Shown here piece by piece: positions 1 to 7,194 of a stretch of DNA of 57,642 nt (the stretch's first letter is position 1; each line of letters starts with the position of its first letter). The stretch lies in IMG/VR virus record IMGVR_UViG_3300032093_000156, positions 1-57,642 of that record; one strand, given 5' to 3'. Below the pieces are notes generated by a model that searched no databases, was not told the DNA's origin, and saw nothing but the letters and a program-made list of their open reading frames with translations. The DNA is from a virus (lineage: Duplodnaviria; Caudoviricetes). The position numbers were made by a program, and so were the translations under genes.

Positions 1-153
1 AGGGGAAACGATCTGTAGTTGACCCCGGGGGGTCTGCTTTTCGAACTTTTCGGCAGGATTTTTTGGCTTTTCGGTAGGCCTGCCCGTTTGTCATGGAGAC
101 CAATGCAGACGGGCTACAGGCCTTACTGCCGTTTGTCATGTCGCGCGCTAGGC

Positions 154-181
154 ATGTCTTATAATTTGCATTATGTTAAAT
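154..181. other. dif-like XerC/XerD recombination site
   Basis: ATGTCTTATAA-TTTGCA-TTATGTTAAAT has 11+6+11 architecture. The right arm is identical to the E. coli dif XerD arm (TTATGTTAAAT) and the left arm ends in ATAA like XerC arms. Confidence 0.75.
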
Positions 182-394
182 AGAATAGACTTTGAGACCA
201 ATCGAATATGCGCGATTCCCAGGCGACTGACGGCCTGCCGTTCGTTCGTTTGAGCGGTTGGTCGCGCGCCTGAAGGGAGGGGGTTGCACCCATCGTTCAT
301 TTTACATATCAAACATACATAAGGCCTATTGGCGTTATGTAGTTCGTAACTTACTGATTCTAAAGCATTTATCCGTTAGACAAACGTGTCTCTT

Positions 395-413
395 ATTTAG
401 AATGAATATAAAT
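395..413. promoter_or_regulatory. Fur-box-like imperfect palindrome upstream of the early promoter
   Basis: ATTTAGAATGAATATAAAT matches 16/19 positions of the flavobacterial Fur-box palindrome ATTTAGAATTATTCTAAAT (consensus recalled from memory, needs verification). Confidence 0.5.
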
Positions 414-446
414 TAGCATATAAAGTGAATATTTTTGTTCAAATTG

Positions 447-478
447 TTTGCACAATCCAAATAGTTGACATATATTTG
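447..478 (+). promoter_or_regulatory. Bacteroidota primary-sigma promoter (early promoter)
   Basis: TTTG (447-450), 20-nt spacer, TATATTTG (471-478), matching the -33/-7 consensus TTTG-N19-21-TAnnTTTG. Confidence 0.8.
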
Positions 479-482
479 TATC

Positions 483-905
483 AAGCAAACGAGCTAACAA
501 CGACACTTCTTACTAGCAAGCCCTTAGGCGTTACGATGACGAATCAGTATACTAAAGGTGACCCAAACGATAAAGCCTTACTAGGTGCCCTTCGGGGAGC
601 TCACTGCGGTAAGTCGGTTCAAAGTAGGTCTGCTACACAGCTCTAAGCTCAGTTCATTGACATATTGGTAAGACTATAAACTAACTAGGTAAGTCACACT
701 AGGCCGGTGCGTAAAGTATAAAGACTACGGAAAGCCGGGGCGCTCGATACACTACTCAAGTGGTCAGCGTTAAAATCACAGGCCAAATGGTGATGCCTGT
801 AGAGATTAAAAGAGGGCATGCAGTTTCACGTGGCATGCAAGCATTAGGTGCAGTTAGAATGACTAATTAATGAGAGCGACACTCACTGCACCACTAACTT
901 TAATA
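483..905 (+). ncRNA. Long structured non-coding early leader
   Basis: About 430 nt between the promoter and the first convincing ORF. Hairpins at 588-597 (CCC-TTCG-GGG), 779-800, 816-838 and a multi-stem element at 847-894. Confidence 0.4.
651..667 (+). promoter_or_regulatory. boxA-like antitermination motif
   Basis: AGTTCATTGACATATTG resembles rRNA-leader boxA (E. coli TGCTCTTTAACA; Bacteroidota-type GTTC(A/T)TTGACAT) and lies in the early leader. Confidence 0.45.
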
Positions 906-915
906 CATAGAAATC

Positions 916-1275
916 ATGGGATTTTTCAGTTTCAAAACAACCGACACTAACCGCTCAATTAGTAACGTTTACAGTTCAAAAGGAGCTTTCAAAGTAGTAC
1001 TTGTAGACGACAATGGCAACGAGTATGTAGAGCACAACTACCAAGGATACGGCATATTTGGTGGCATCGACATCTTTATCTTAATTGCAGAGATGAACGG
1101 ATACCTTTTCAACGATGACAACGACCCGGACCAAGAGTATGAAACACTCAGAAATCTAGGCATCCAATTGTACTACGAAGAGCCTGAGGCAATTCATCCA
1201 AACATTTACGAAGTACCACAAGAATGGATAAATGTTCCATTAGATAGATGCGAATCACAAGGATATTTTTACTAA
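916..1275 (+). CDS. Early hypothetical phage protein (acidic)
   Basis: 119-aa ORF, first gene after the leader, MGFFS..YQGYGIFGG motif, A-rich start context. Confidence 0.8.
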   Translation: MGFFSFKTTDTNRSISNVYSSKGAFKVVLVDDNGNEYVEHNYQGYGIFGGIDIFILIAEMNGYLFNDDNDPDQEYETLRNLGIQLYYEEPEAIHPNIYEVPQEWINVPLDRCESQGYFY

Positions 1276-1307
1276 CCTATAAACCCATGCCTGGGAATCA
1301 AAAAATT

Positions 1308-1418
1308 ATGGAAACTAGAGTAATCAGAATCGAAGGCCGTTACGAAATCATCGGCTTTTTTCAGGAAGGTGTGTTAGTTAAGACACGCAAGTTATTAATC
1401 CCATTTAGATATAGATAG
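1308..1418 (+). CDS. Small hypothetical protein (36 aa, METRVIRIEGRY...)
   Basis: Read manually. Fills the gap and ends 2 nt before the next ATG. Confidence 0.55.
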   Translation: METRVIRIEGRYEIIGFFQEGVLVKTRKLLIPFRYR

Positions 1419-1420
1419 CC

Positions 1421-1633
1421 ATGAACTACTCATTTTATTTATTCTCAAAGTTATTCGACGTGGTTATAAACCTAGAGTGCGAATATGATGTAATGCATGA
1501 ATTCATCAATGATTTGTTTAATGATTTTGAATTTTCAAAATACAATGATAGCAATCTAGGTGAATACGAATGCATGGTAAAATTCCTAACCGAAAACAAA
1601 CAAGTAATTACAAAACAATTTAATAAGCTATGA
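1421..1633 (+). CDS. Early hypothetical protein
   Basis: 70-aa ORF with ATGA coupling to the next gene. Confidence 0.7.
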   Translation: MNYSFYLFSKLFDVVINLECEYDVMHEFINDLFNDFEFSKYNDSNLGEYECMVKFLTENKQVITKQFNKL

Positions 1634-1824
1634 CAACTCTCAAAACATTCAAAGCACTTATCAATGGGACGTTGGTAACTGTAGACCAACTGCATTTCGG
1701 TGGCCAAGACATCCGCTACAAATTGCATCGCAGAAGCTACACCAATCATGGTTGGGAAATTATCTTCGATGAAGTAACATTCAGTGCAGACAACTTTTGG
1801 AATCTTAACCCTCAAATACAATAA
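1630..1824 (+). CDS. Early hypothetical protein
   Basis: 64-aa ORF, coupled to the upstream gene. Confidence 0.65.
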   Translation: MTTLKTFKALINGTLVTVDQLHFGGQDIRYKLHRRSYTNHGWEIIFDEVTFSADNFWNLNPQIQ

Positions 1825-1825
1825 C

Positions 1826-1948
1826 ATGAAAGCAGTAATCTTTTTAGCAAGGGCGTTCAATCTCATCATGGGAACGTCAGTAGGTGTAGCAGTAGCATTC
1901 GCCTTATACAAAGTAATCACAGGTCAAACAAACGGAATGTCAATATGA
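1826..1948 (+). CDS. Small membrane peptide (40 aa)
   Basis: Read manually: MKAVIFLARAFNLIMGTSVGVAVAFALYKVITGQTNGMSI, one hydrophobic helix, ATGA overlap with the next ORF. Confidence 0.55.
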   Translation: MKAVIFLARAFNLIMGTSVGVAVAFALYKVITGQTNGMSI

Positions 1949-2094
1949 AACTCAAGATAAAGTTCCTAAATAAATGGTGTCAAGTCATCTATGTTACTAA
2001 AGAATTTAGTGACAAGAATCATTTCAATAACTACCTAAACTTTATGTTAGTGACCTATGGTTACCAACTCGATGAGGTTTGGAATAACAACTAG
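1945..2094 (+). CDS. Small hypothetical protein (49 aa)
   Basis: Read manually: MKLKIKFLNKWCQVIYVTKEF..., tight packing on both sides. Confidence 0.6.
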   Translation: MKLKIKFLNKWCQVIYVTKEFSDKNHFNNYLNFMLVTYGYQLDEVWNNN

Positions 2095-2099
2095 AAATC

Positions 2100-2381
2100 A
2101 TGGAAAAATTTGCAAGAAGGTGTGATGCTACCGGCAAAGGCATCAACGAAGGATATGTAGTAGGTGATGGCGAATTGTATTTCTCCAGTAAGGATGACCT
2201 AATCACTCACCTCAGAGAACTTGATTGGGAAGATTGCAACGGCAACAGCTCAAAAGATTGCGATACCGAAGACGACTTACTGGAGTTCTTCTACAACGAA
2301 GACTACTACTACTACACCGAATGGGAAGAAATCGATGACGACTGCTACTACGATGCAGAAGGTAACGAATACGAAAACTAG
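2100..2381 (+). CDS. Highly acidic early protein (possible DNA mimic)
   Basis: 93 aa, about 29 Asp/Glu, Tyr-rich C-terminus. Confidence 0.75.
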   Translation: MEKFARRCDATGKGINEGYVVGDGELYFSSKDDLITHLRELDWEDCNGNSSKDCDTEDDLLEFFYNEDYYYYTEWEEIDDDCYYDAEGNEYEN

Positions 2382-2386
2382 AAACC

Positions 2387-2602
2387 ATGTACAAATTCGC
2401 AGTTCACCACACGTTCGATTGTATGGATTACAACGAGCACTTTTACTTCGAGACGTTCGAAGATGCCCATAAACATTTCGCTGAAATCAGGCAAGAAATC
2501 ATCACCCGTGACTCAATTACTGAGACCTACACTGATGAGTTCGAATCCTTCTACGTCCAGGAGCCTGACCAATCAATTAAAGTATACATCCAAGAAATAT
2601 AG
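2387..2602 (+). CDS. Early hypothetical protein (acidic)
   Basis: 71-aa ORF in a tightly packed early array. Confidence 0.7.
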   Translation: MYKFAVHHTFDCMDYNEHFYFETFEDAHKHFAEIRQEIITRDSITETYTDEFESFYVQEPDQSIKVYIQEI

Positions 2603-2604
2603 CC

Positions 2605-2886
2605 ATGAACGTTCAAATCAAACTACAAAATGTAAAGCAAGTATACATCGGCCACACTGAAGGCTGTACTTGCGGTTGTCAGGGTAGCTATGTATTTACT
2701 ACCGAAGCCAACACCGAATGGAGAAAAAAGAATCCATACGCTAAGTTTGACCTATGTCCTGACGACAAAGAGGTACAACGAATCGTTGACGAAATGGAAC
2801 GTGAGCAGGACCTCATCATTTCAGTAGTAGGAGACGAGATACAATTCAAATCAGTTAACAAATACATTTTATTTTATAAGCCATGA
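2605..2886 (+). CDS. Early hypothetical protein with GCxCGCxG motif
   Basis: 93 aa, VYIGHTEGCTCGCQGSY. Confidence 0.7.
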   Translation: MNVQIKLQNVKQVYIGHTEGCTCGCQGSYVFTTEANTEWRKKNPYAKFDLCPDDKEVQRIVDEMEREQDLIISVVGDEIQFKSVNKYILFYKP

Positions 2887-3149
2887 GAATAGAAATCACA
2901 AACAGCTACGGCTTCCATTATTGGACGCTAGTCTATCGCAACAAGTCTTACTACCTAGGCCAAGATGTCAAGGTGTGCAGTCGTCTGCTCAATATGCTAC
3001 CTCGTGACGTTGTCCAGGCAATTGGCACACGAGAGATTGACAAACCAACTGCCAACAAGAAGTTGGCTCAGTTCATCGTGAAGACAATAAAGGAAAGACA
3101 CTTGATCAACTTTAAAAATTTACAACCATGGGACTTAGCAGTAGATTAA
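2883..3149 (+). CDS. Early hypothetical protein
   Basis: 88 aa, YYLGQDVKVCSRLL motif, ATGA overlap. Confidence 0.7.
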   Translation: MRIEITNSYGFHYWTLVYRNKSYYLGQDVKVCSRLLNMLPRDVVQAIGTREIDKPTANKKLAQFIVKTIKERHLINFKNLQPWDLAVD

Positions 3150-3280
3150 AAGAATGGATTGCCGATGGCAACGTAATCGTCAAACCAAACGGCCGGTATG
3201 CCACTCAGTGCAGTCAGTATACCAATTCATTAGACCTGAAAGGCCTAATAAACTACTTCATAAAGGAGTATGTCAACTAA
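3128..3280 (+). CDS. Small hypothetical protein (50 aa)
   Basis: Read manually: MGLSSRLKEWIADGNVIVKPNGRYATQCSQY...YFIKEYVN. Confidence 0.55.
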   Translation: MGLSSRLKEWIADGNVIVKPNGRYATQCSQYTNSLDLKGLINYFIKEYVN

Positions 3281-3614
3281 CTGCCTGATTCCCAGTGCTA
3301 AATGTCAAGTTATGTCGTTTTATGTCGGCCGTATGTCAACTTTTAAACGCATAACTACTTGATTCACAATCATCTAACCCTCTTTTATGTCAAAATGTCA
3401 AAGTTTTCTCCATAGTGGCAGAAAAAAAGCTTATATTATATATATACTTATAAGTTATACTATTTTTTTTCCTTCTAAATAAATAGGAAAAAACTTGACA
3501 TTTCAACACTTTCCTTATTTGACGGGAAAAAATCAACATAAAATCAACACAAACACCCTAAATCTTGACATAAACCAATCAAACTTGACATTGTTTTTAG
3601 CATAAAACCGACAA
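3270..3614. repeat. Inverted iteron-like array around an AT-rich core (putative replication origin)
   Basis: ATGTCR at 3270, 3302, 3312, 3322, 3333, 3387, 3395. AT-rich core about 3421-3494. TTGACAT at 3495, 3565, 3585 plus variants at 3503, 3519, 3533, 3544, 3608. IHF-like TAAnnnnTTGATT at 3352-3364. Confidence 0.65.
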
Positions 3615-3659
3615 ACATCAAGAAAAGTTGTATAACTTTATAGCCTAAAAAGTTATACT

Positions 3660-3950
3660 ATGGAAAAATTAAAATTACGTTACAGGCAATTATTAAACGA
3701 CTCAATCAAGTCGCAACGATGGAACAAGAACTCGACAGTAAGGCAACTTGTTTGTCTGAATCGCGAGAAGTTCCGCATGTATTTAGAGTCCCAGTTCACA
3801 GACGAGATGACATGGGACAATTTCGGCACACACTGGTATCTTAAATTCCGAACACCGCTCAAGACGGCTAAAAATGAGTCTGAGTTAGTACAATTATTTC
3901 ACTTCTTAAATATCTATCCACATGAACGCAGTAATTCAATCATTCCTTGA
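3660..3950 (+). CDS. Degenerate HNH-endonuclease-like protein
   Basis: YLESQFTDEMTWDNFGTHW...PLKTAKNESELVQLFHFLNIYP follows a phage HNH family pattern, but the HIDHIIP motif is replaced by YLKFRTP. Confidence 0.6.
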   Translation: MEKLKLRYRQLLNDSIKSQRWNKNSTVRQLVCLNREKFRMYLESQFTDEMTWDNFGTHWYLKFRTPLKTAKNESELVQLFHFLNIYPHERSNSIIP

Positions 3951-4488
3951 CGGCAAAAAGAAGAAACAAGGGAACGGCCAAACGGACGGCCAATCGCTCT
4001 ATCTATTCGGTAACCTTATAGCACGCCACGAAGTGGATGGGCTATATGTATCCAACGCAGGTTGGCCAACCAGGACGACCAACAAGTGGCTAAACCAATT
4101 GCCAAACACAACGGCCTACTCACACAAAAAGAAACCACATTTGAATGGAGCTGAGTGGGATGGTGATATGACTAGAGTTCATGAGGGCGCACCACCGCCA
4201 ACTTATCTTGACAATGTCGGAACTGCATTCGACATGACGATGCGCTACGTCCGCTTGGATGGATGGAGAGGATATCGCGAGCCAATCTACGCCATTCACT
4301 GCGAGCCTGACACTGGTGGATGGGACGACAGCCCATACCCAAACGCCCAAAAAAATCTTGAGGCAAAAATTTCTGAGCTCAAGCGCAATAAAATACCTTT
4401 CAGAGTTGTAACTCTGGAAACGTCAAATGTGTTTTGCGTCAATCACTTTATTGTAGTACCACCTAAATACTTTCCAAATGATAACTAA
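3922..4488 (+). CDS. Hypothetical protein, apparently two-module
   Basis: 188 aa. N-half LYLFGNLIA..SNAGWPTRTT, C-half YVRLDGWRGY..TGGWDD..SNVF. Confidence 0.75.
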   Translation: MNAVIQSFLDGKKKKQGNGQTDGQSLYLFGNLIARHEVDGLYVSNAGWPTRTTNKWLNQLPNTTAYSHKKKPHLNGAEWDGDMTRVHEGAPPPTYLDNVGTAFDMTMRYVRLDGWRGYREPIYAIHCEPDTGGWDDSPYPNAQKNLEAKISELKRNKIPFRVVTLETSNVFCVNHFIVVPPKYFPNDN

Positions 4489-4675
4489 ACATGACTTAGA
4501 CTATGTCGGATACAACGACATAGACGAATACTTCGAGCAAATCTGCCAACACATCGAGGCCAACGAGCACTCGATCGCCAGGGAGATGCAGGCCAAGCTA
4601 TCCAAAGGCCAACTGCTAGCCTTCGAGCAGTTTCTAGACGAGGCGTATTATTATGAACTAAATGACAACCTATGA
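4478..4675 (+). CDS. Small acidic hypothetical protein
   Basis: 65 aa, overlapping start/stop with neighbours. Confidence 0.7.
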   Translation: MITKHDLDYVGYNDIDEYFEQICQHIEANEHSIAREMQAKLSKGQLLAFEQFLDEAYYYELNDNL

Positions 4676-4836
4676 ACAAGAGAGAACAAATTGCAGCAAT
4701 GGCAATGCAAGCATTAATCGACAACAAGAAAAATTTACACATCGACGAAGCTAGAAGAATAGCTATAGAGGCCGTAAGAATGGCTGATGCGTTACTAACA
4801 ATACTTAAAGAGGATGAAGAAGATAGGATGGTTTAG
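4672..4836 (+). CDS. Small phage protein (KRE..AAMAMQ..AV..ADALL type)
   Basis: Read manually: MNKREQIAAMAMQALIDNKKNLHIDEARRIAIEAVRMADALLTILKE..., a common small phage protein pattern. Confidence 0.7.
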   Translation: MNKREQIAAMAMQALIDNKKNLHIDEARRIAIEAVRMADALLTILKEDEEDRMV

Positions 4837-5608
4837 TTGCGGAGTAACATCTGCAGTTGCGTGCAAGTTGGCACTAGACAAGTATGGTAAAGACAACGTT
4901 GAGTTGTACTACATGGTCATTGATTCAGCTCACAAAGACAACGAGAGATTCATAGATGATTGTGAGAAGTGGTACGGCAAGGAAATAATTCGCCGGCGCA
5001 GTCCAAAATATTTGGACCAATTTGAGGTCATTAAGAAGACCAGGTACATCAACGGCCCCTCAGGCGCAAGGTGCACACTGGAGTTAAAGAAAAACGTAAG
5101 GTATGCAATTGAAAAGGAGATAGACTACGACGGGCAGATATTTGGCTTTGAGTTTTCAAAGAAGGAGGTTAATCGTGCGATTAGATTCTCTCAGCAGTAT
5201 CCTCAAGCCAAGCCATTGTATCCATTAATTGATCGTAAGATGACCAAGAAGCAGTGTGCTGAGTTATTGATGCGTAATGGCATTGCGTTACCTGAGATGT
5301 ATAACTTAGGTTTCCACAATAATAACTGCATTGGATGCGTTAAGGGAGGCAAGGGCTATTGGAACCATGTCCGCAAGCACTTCCCGGATACATTTGAAAA
5401 GATGTCTGAGTTGGAGCAGTCAATTGGAAATAGCTGCATCAAGGGTAAGTTCTTAAAAGACTTAGGTCCAAATGAAGGCAGACATGAGCCACCGATAGTC
5501 CCAGACTGTGGTACATTTTGTGAGATTGAGTTTGCTGATATAATTGACAAGGACACCGAGCGCATTATGTCAGGCGAGGTAACATTTAACCAACTAAAAC
5601 TATTTTAG
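4814..5608 (+). CDS. PAPS-reductase-like (PP-loop/adenine nucleotide alpha hydrolase) protein with Cys cluster
   Basis: N-terminal WFSCGVTSA loop, ARCTLELKK, YPLID, HNNCIGCVKGG, C-terminal DCGTFC. Confidence 0.8.
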   Translation: MKKIGWFSCGVTSAVACKLALDKYGKDNVELYYMVIDSAHKDNERFIDDCEKWYGKEIIRRRSPKYLDQFEVIKKTRYINGPSGARCTLELKKNVRYAIEKEIDYDGQIFGFEFSKKEVNRAIRFSQQYPQAKPLYPLIDRKMTKKQCAELLMRNGIALPEMYNLGFHNNNCIGCVKGGKGYWNHVRKHFPDTFEKMSELEQSIGNSCIKGKFLKDLGPNEGRHEPPIVPDCGTFCEIEFADIIDKDTERIMSGEVTFNQLKLF

Positions 5609-5734
5609 ATGCAGATAAGAATAACTGAAAGTTGGCCAGCCGGTAGGACTATCGGCTTATCAATATCCCTGAGTTTGGATGACAGGGAGATACTCATCCA
5701 TTTTTTATTACACGGAATATCTATAAAGTTATGA
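5609..5734 (+). CDS. Small hypothetical protein (41 aa)
   Basis: Read manually. Starts immediately after the upstream stop and overlaps the next ATG. Confidence 0.5.
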   Translation: MQIRITESWPAGRTIGLSISLSLDDREILIHFLLHGISIKL

Positions 5735-6024
5735 TGAACGAAAGAATGCAGACCAAGTACATGACGGTCTTAGAGGACATGTATTTAAGCGATGGTTTCA
5801 AGTTGCAAGAAATGCGCTCGAAGCACAGAGTAAGCCAATACCTAATCACCATCTGCGTGAAGTTGGGTTATATTGAAAAGACCAAGGGTACTCGATACCG
5901 ATGGGTCAAGGGTTTACCGAGCAAGCGTCACTTAAGTCGCATCAAGCAGGAGTTTGAGTCGATGCAGAAACCAAAGAAGCGAGTAGTCAAACTATTATGG
6001 GGGCTTATCATTTATGAGGTATAG
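5731..6024 (+). CDS. Basic hypothetical protein, possible winged-helix DNA binder
   Basis: 97 aa, Lys/Arg-rich, CVKLGYIEKTKGTRYRW wing-like segment. Confidence 0.65.
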   Translation: MMNERMQTKYMTVLEDMYLSDGFKLQEMRSKHRVSQYLITICVKLGYIEKTKGTRYRWVKGLPSKRHLSRIKQEFESMQKPKKRVVKLLWGLIIYEV

Positions 6025-6211
6025 TAGTTATCACGTGTGCTACCACGTTAGCCCAATCCTGTGCACTGGTGTGACGGTTGAGGCGCGTAGTATTAGAGAG
6101 GCAATCACTAAATCTAAAATCAATGAAGACACCATCATCTATGTCGCCAGTCTTGAAGAGGTACATCGTAACCTTAGAGAACGGCAAGAAGCTAAAGTTA
6201 ATGGCGACTAA
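6014..6211 (+). CDS. Hypothetical protein
   Basis: 65-aa ORF overlapping the upstream stop. Confidence 0.55.
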   Translation: MRYSSYHVCYHVSPILCTGVTVEARSIREAITKSKINEDTIIYVASLEEVHRNLRERQEAKVNGD

Positions 6212-6317
6212 TAAGGGCAGGGCTCTTGATTTGTGTTGCATTATAACGAGTCATCCTATCAAGTCAATTGATCAGGCTGTAGTACAAATTAAAATTGAGA
6301 AACTATGCTTAAACTAG
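6078..6317 (+). CDS. Hypothetical protein (true start probably an internal ATG)
   Basis: C-terminal KRYIVTLENGKKLKLMATNKGRALDLC looks coding. It overlaps the previous ORF, so the start is uncertain. Confidence 0.45.
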   Translation: MRRVVLERQSLNLKSMKTPSSMSPVLKRYIVTLENGKKLKLMATNKGRALDLCCIITSHPIKSIDQAVVQIKIEKLCLN

Positions 6318-6439
6318 CCATTTCATTTCTGCTGATGTATGTATTCGGCATATCTAAATACCTAGCGATTCGGGTAATGGGAGTCGCAATGTTTTTTATC
6401 TTTTTATACTTTACATTATGTATGCTATCATTTCAATAG
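6305..6439 (+). CDS. Small membrane protein (44 aa)
   Basis: Read manually: MLKLAISFLLMYVFGISKYLAIRVMGVAMFFIFLYFTLCMLSFQ, two hydrophobic stretches. Confidence 0.5.
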   Translation: MLKLAISFLLMYVFGISKYLAIRVMGVAMFFIFLYFTLCMLSFQ

Positions 6440-6888
6440 GCGCATATGCAGGGTTACTGCATGTCGCCAAGATTAACAACACAATTGTCCGCGCAAGCGT
6501 AGGCATTCCATTGGTTGTTGTAATGTTCTTCAGTGGCCTTATGGCCTTGACTCAAGGCATAGCTGCACAATGGAAGCCCGATCGTTTTGATTACAATGTA
6601 TTAAGCGACGGCAACTTTTACACTACCGCTCATGACATGAATACCGCCATGTCAATAGCACTTAGCACACTTGAGTACAATGGAGCTAAGATGCATACAC
6701 TGGACATCGACAGAAATGATATTGATGTCCCATTGTTTAATTACTTCCACAGAGAGGAGGGGTTTGTTTACATTGTGTATGTAACCAGAACTAAAACCGG
6801 GTATGTAGTTTGGTTTCGGTTCTTATCTGATGAGCCAATTGAGTTTCCTGAGGAGTATGTAATTCTAGAGTATGAAGGCGTGGAGTGA
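6418..6888 (+). CDS. Membrane-anchored or exported hypothetical protein
   Basis: 156 aa, hydrophobic N-terminal helices followed by a soluble domain. Confidence 0.7.
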   Translation: MYAIISIGAYAGLLHVAKINNTIVRASVGIPLVVVMFFSGLMALTQGIAAQWKPDRFDYNVLSDGNFYTTAHDMNTAMSIALSTLEYNGAKMHTLDIDRNDIDVPLFNYFHREEGFVYIVYVTRTKTGYVVWFRFLSDEPIEFPEEYVILEYEGVE

Positions 6889-7189
6889 TATAACAAAGAC
6901 ACCATGGAAGACAAACAATAGTGAATACTATATCGACATGGGTGTCAAGATCGAGAGGCTCCACGATGGAGCCTTTCGCATCTACAATGTAATGGGTAAC
7001 AACTTCACATTAGTAAATGACTATCAATACAGTATATTTGAGACCAAAGGATTTCAGGCTGGAGCTTGTAGAGTAATGATGGATCAACTTGCTGATGAGG
7101 TATCAAAAGCTAACCTCGATAGGCGTAAAAAAATTATCGAGCAATACTTGGAATTGAAAAAGAAATATATTAATTTTGTTCAAATTTAA
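6872..7189 (+). CDS. Hypothetical protein
   Basis: 105-aa ORF in operon context. Confidence 0.7.
   Translation: MKAWSDITKTPWKTNNSEYYIDMGVKIERLHDGAFRIYNVMGNNFTLVNDYQYSIFETKGFQAGACRVMMDQLADEVSKANLDRRKKIIEQYLELKKKYINFVQI
7147..7178 (+). promoter_or_regulatory. Bacteroidota-type promoter for the recombination module
   Basis: CTTG (7147-7150), 20 nt, TAATTTTG (7171-7178), 16 nt upstream of ATG 7195. Confidence 0.55.
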
Positions 7190-7194
7190 TTAAC

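Noticed and set aside
425-646. 73-aa ORF from the track
   Set aside because: It starts with GTG upstream of and across the promoter and runs through RNA hairpins, so it is more plausibly non-coding leader.
483-846. Hammerhead ribozyme in the early leader
   Set aside because: No CTGATGA/GAAA core in the required arrangement.
847-894. Bona fide tRNA gene
   Set aside because: Only 48 nt, with no anticodon arm and no TTC T-loop.
3270-3614. CRISPR array or a set of E. coli-type -35 boxes (TTGACA)
   Set aside because: The repeats are only 6-7 bp with irregular spacing and opposite orientation on each side. Promoters in this genome follow the TAnnTTTG type.
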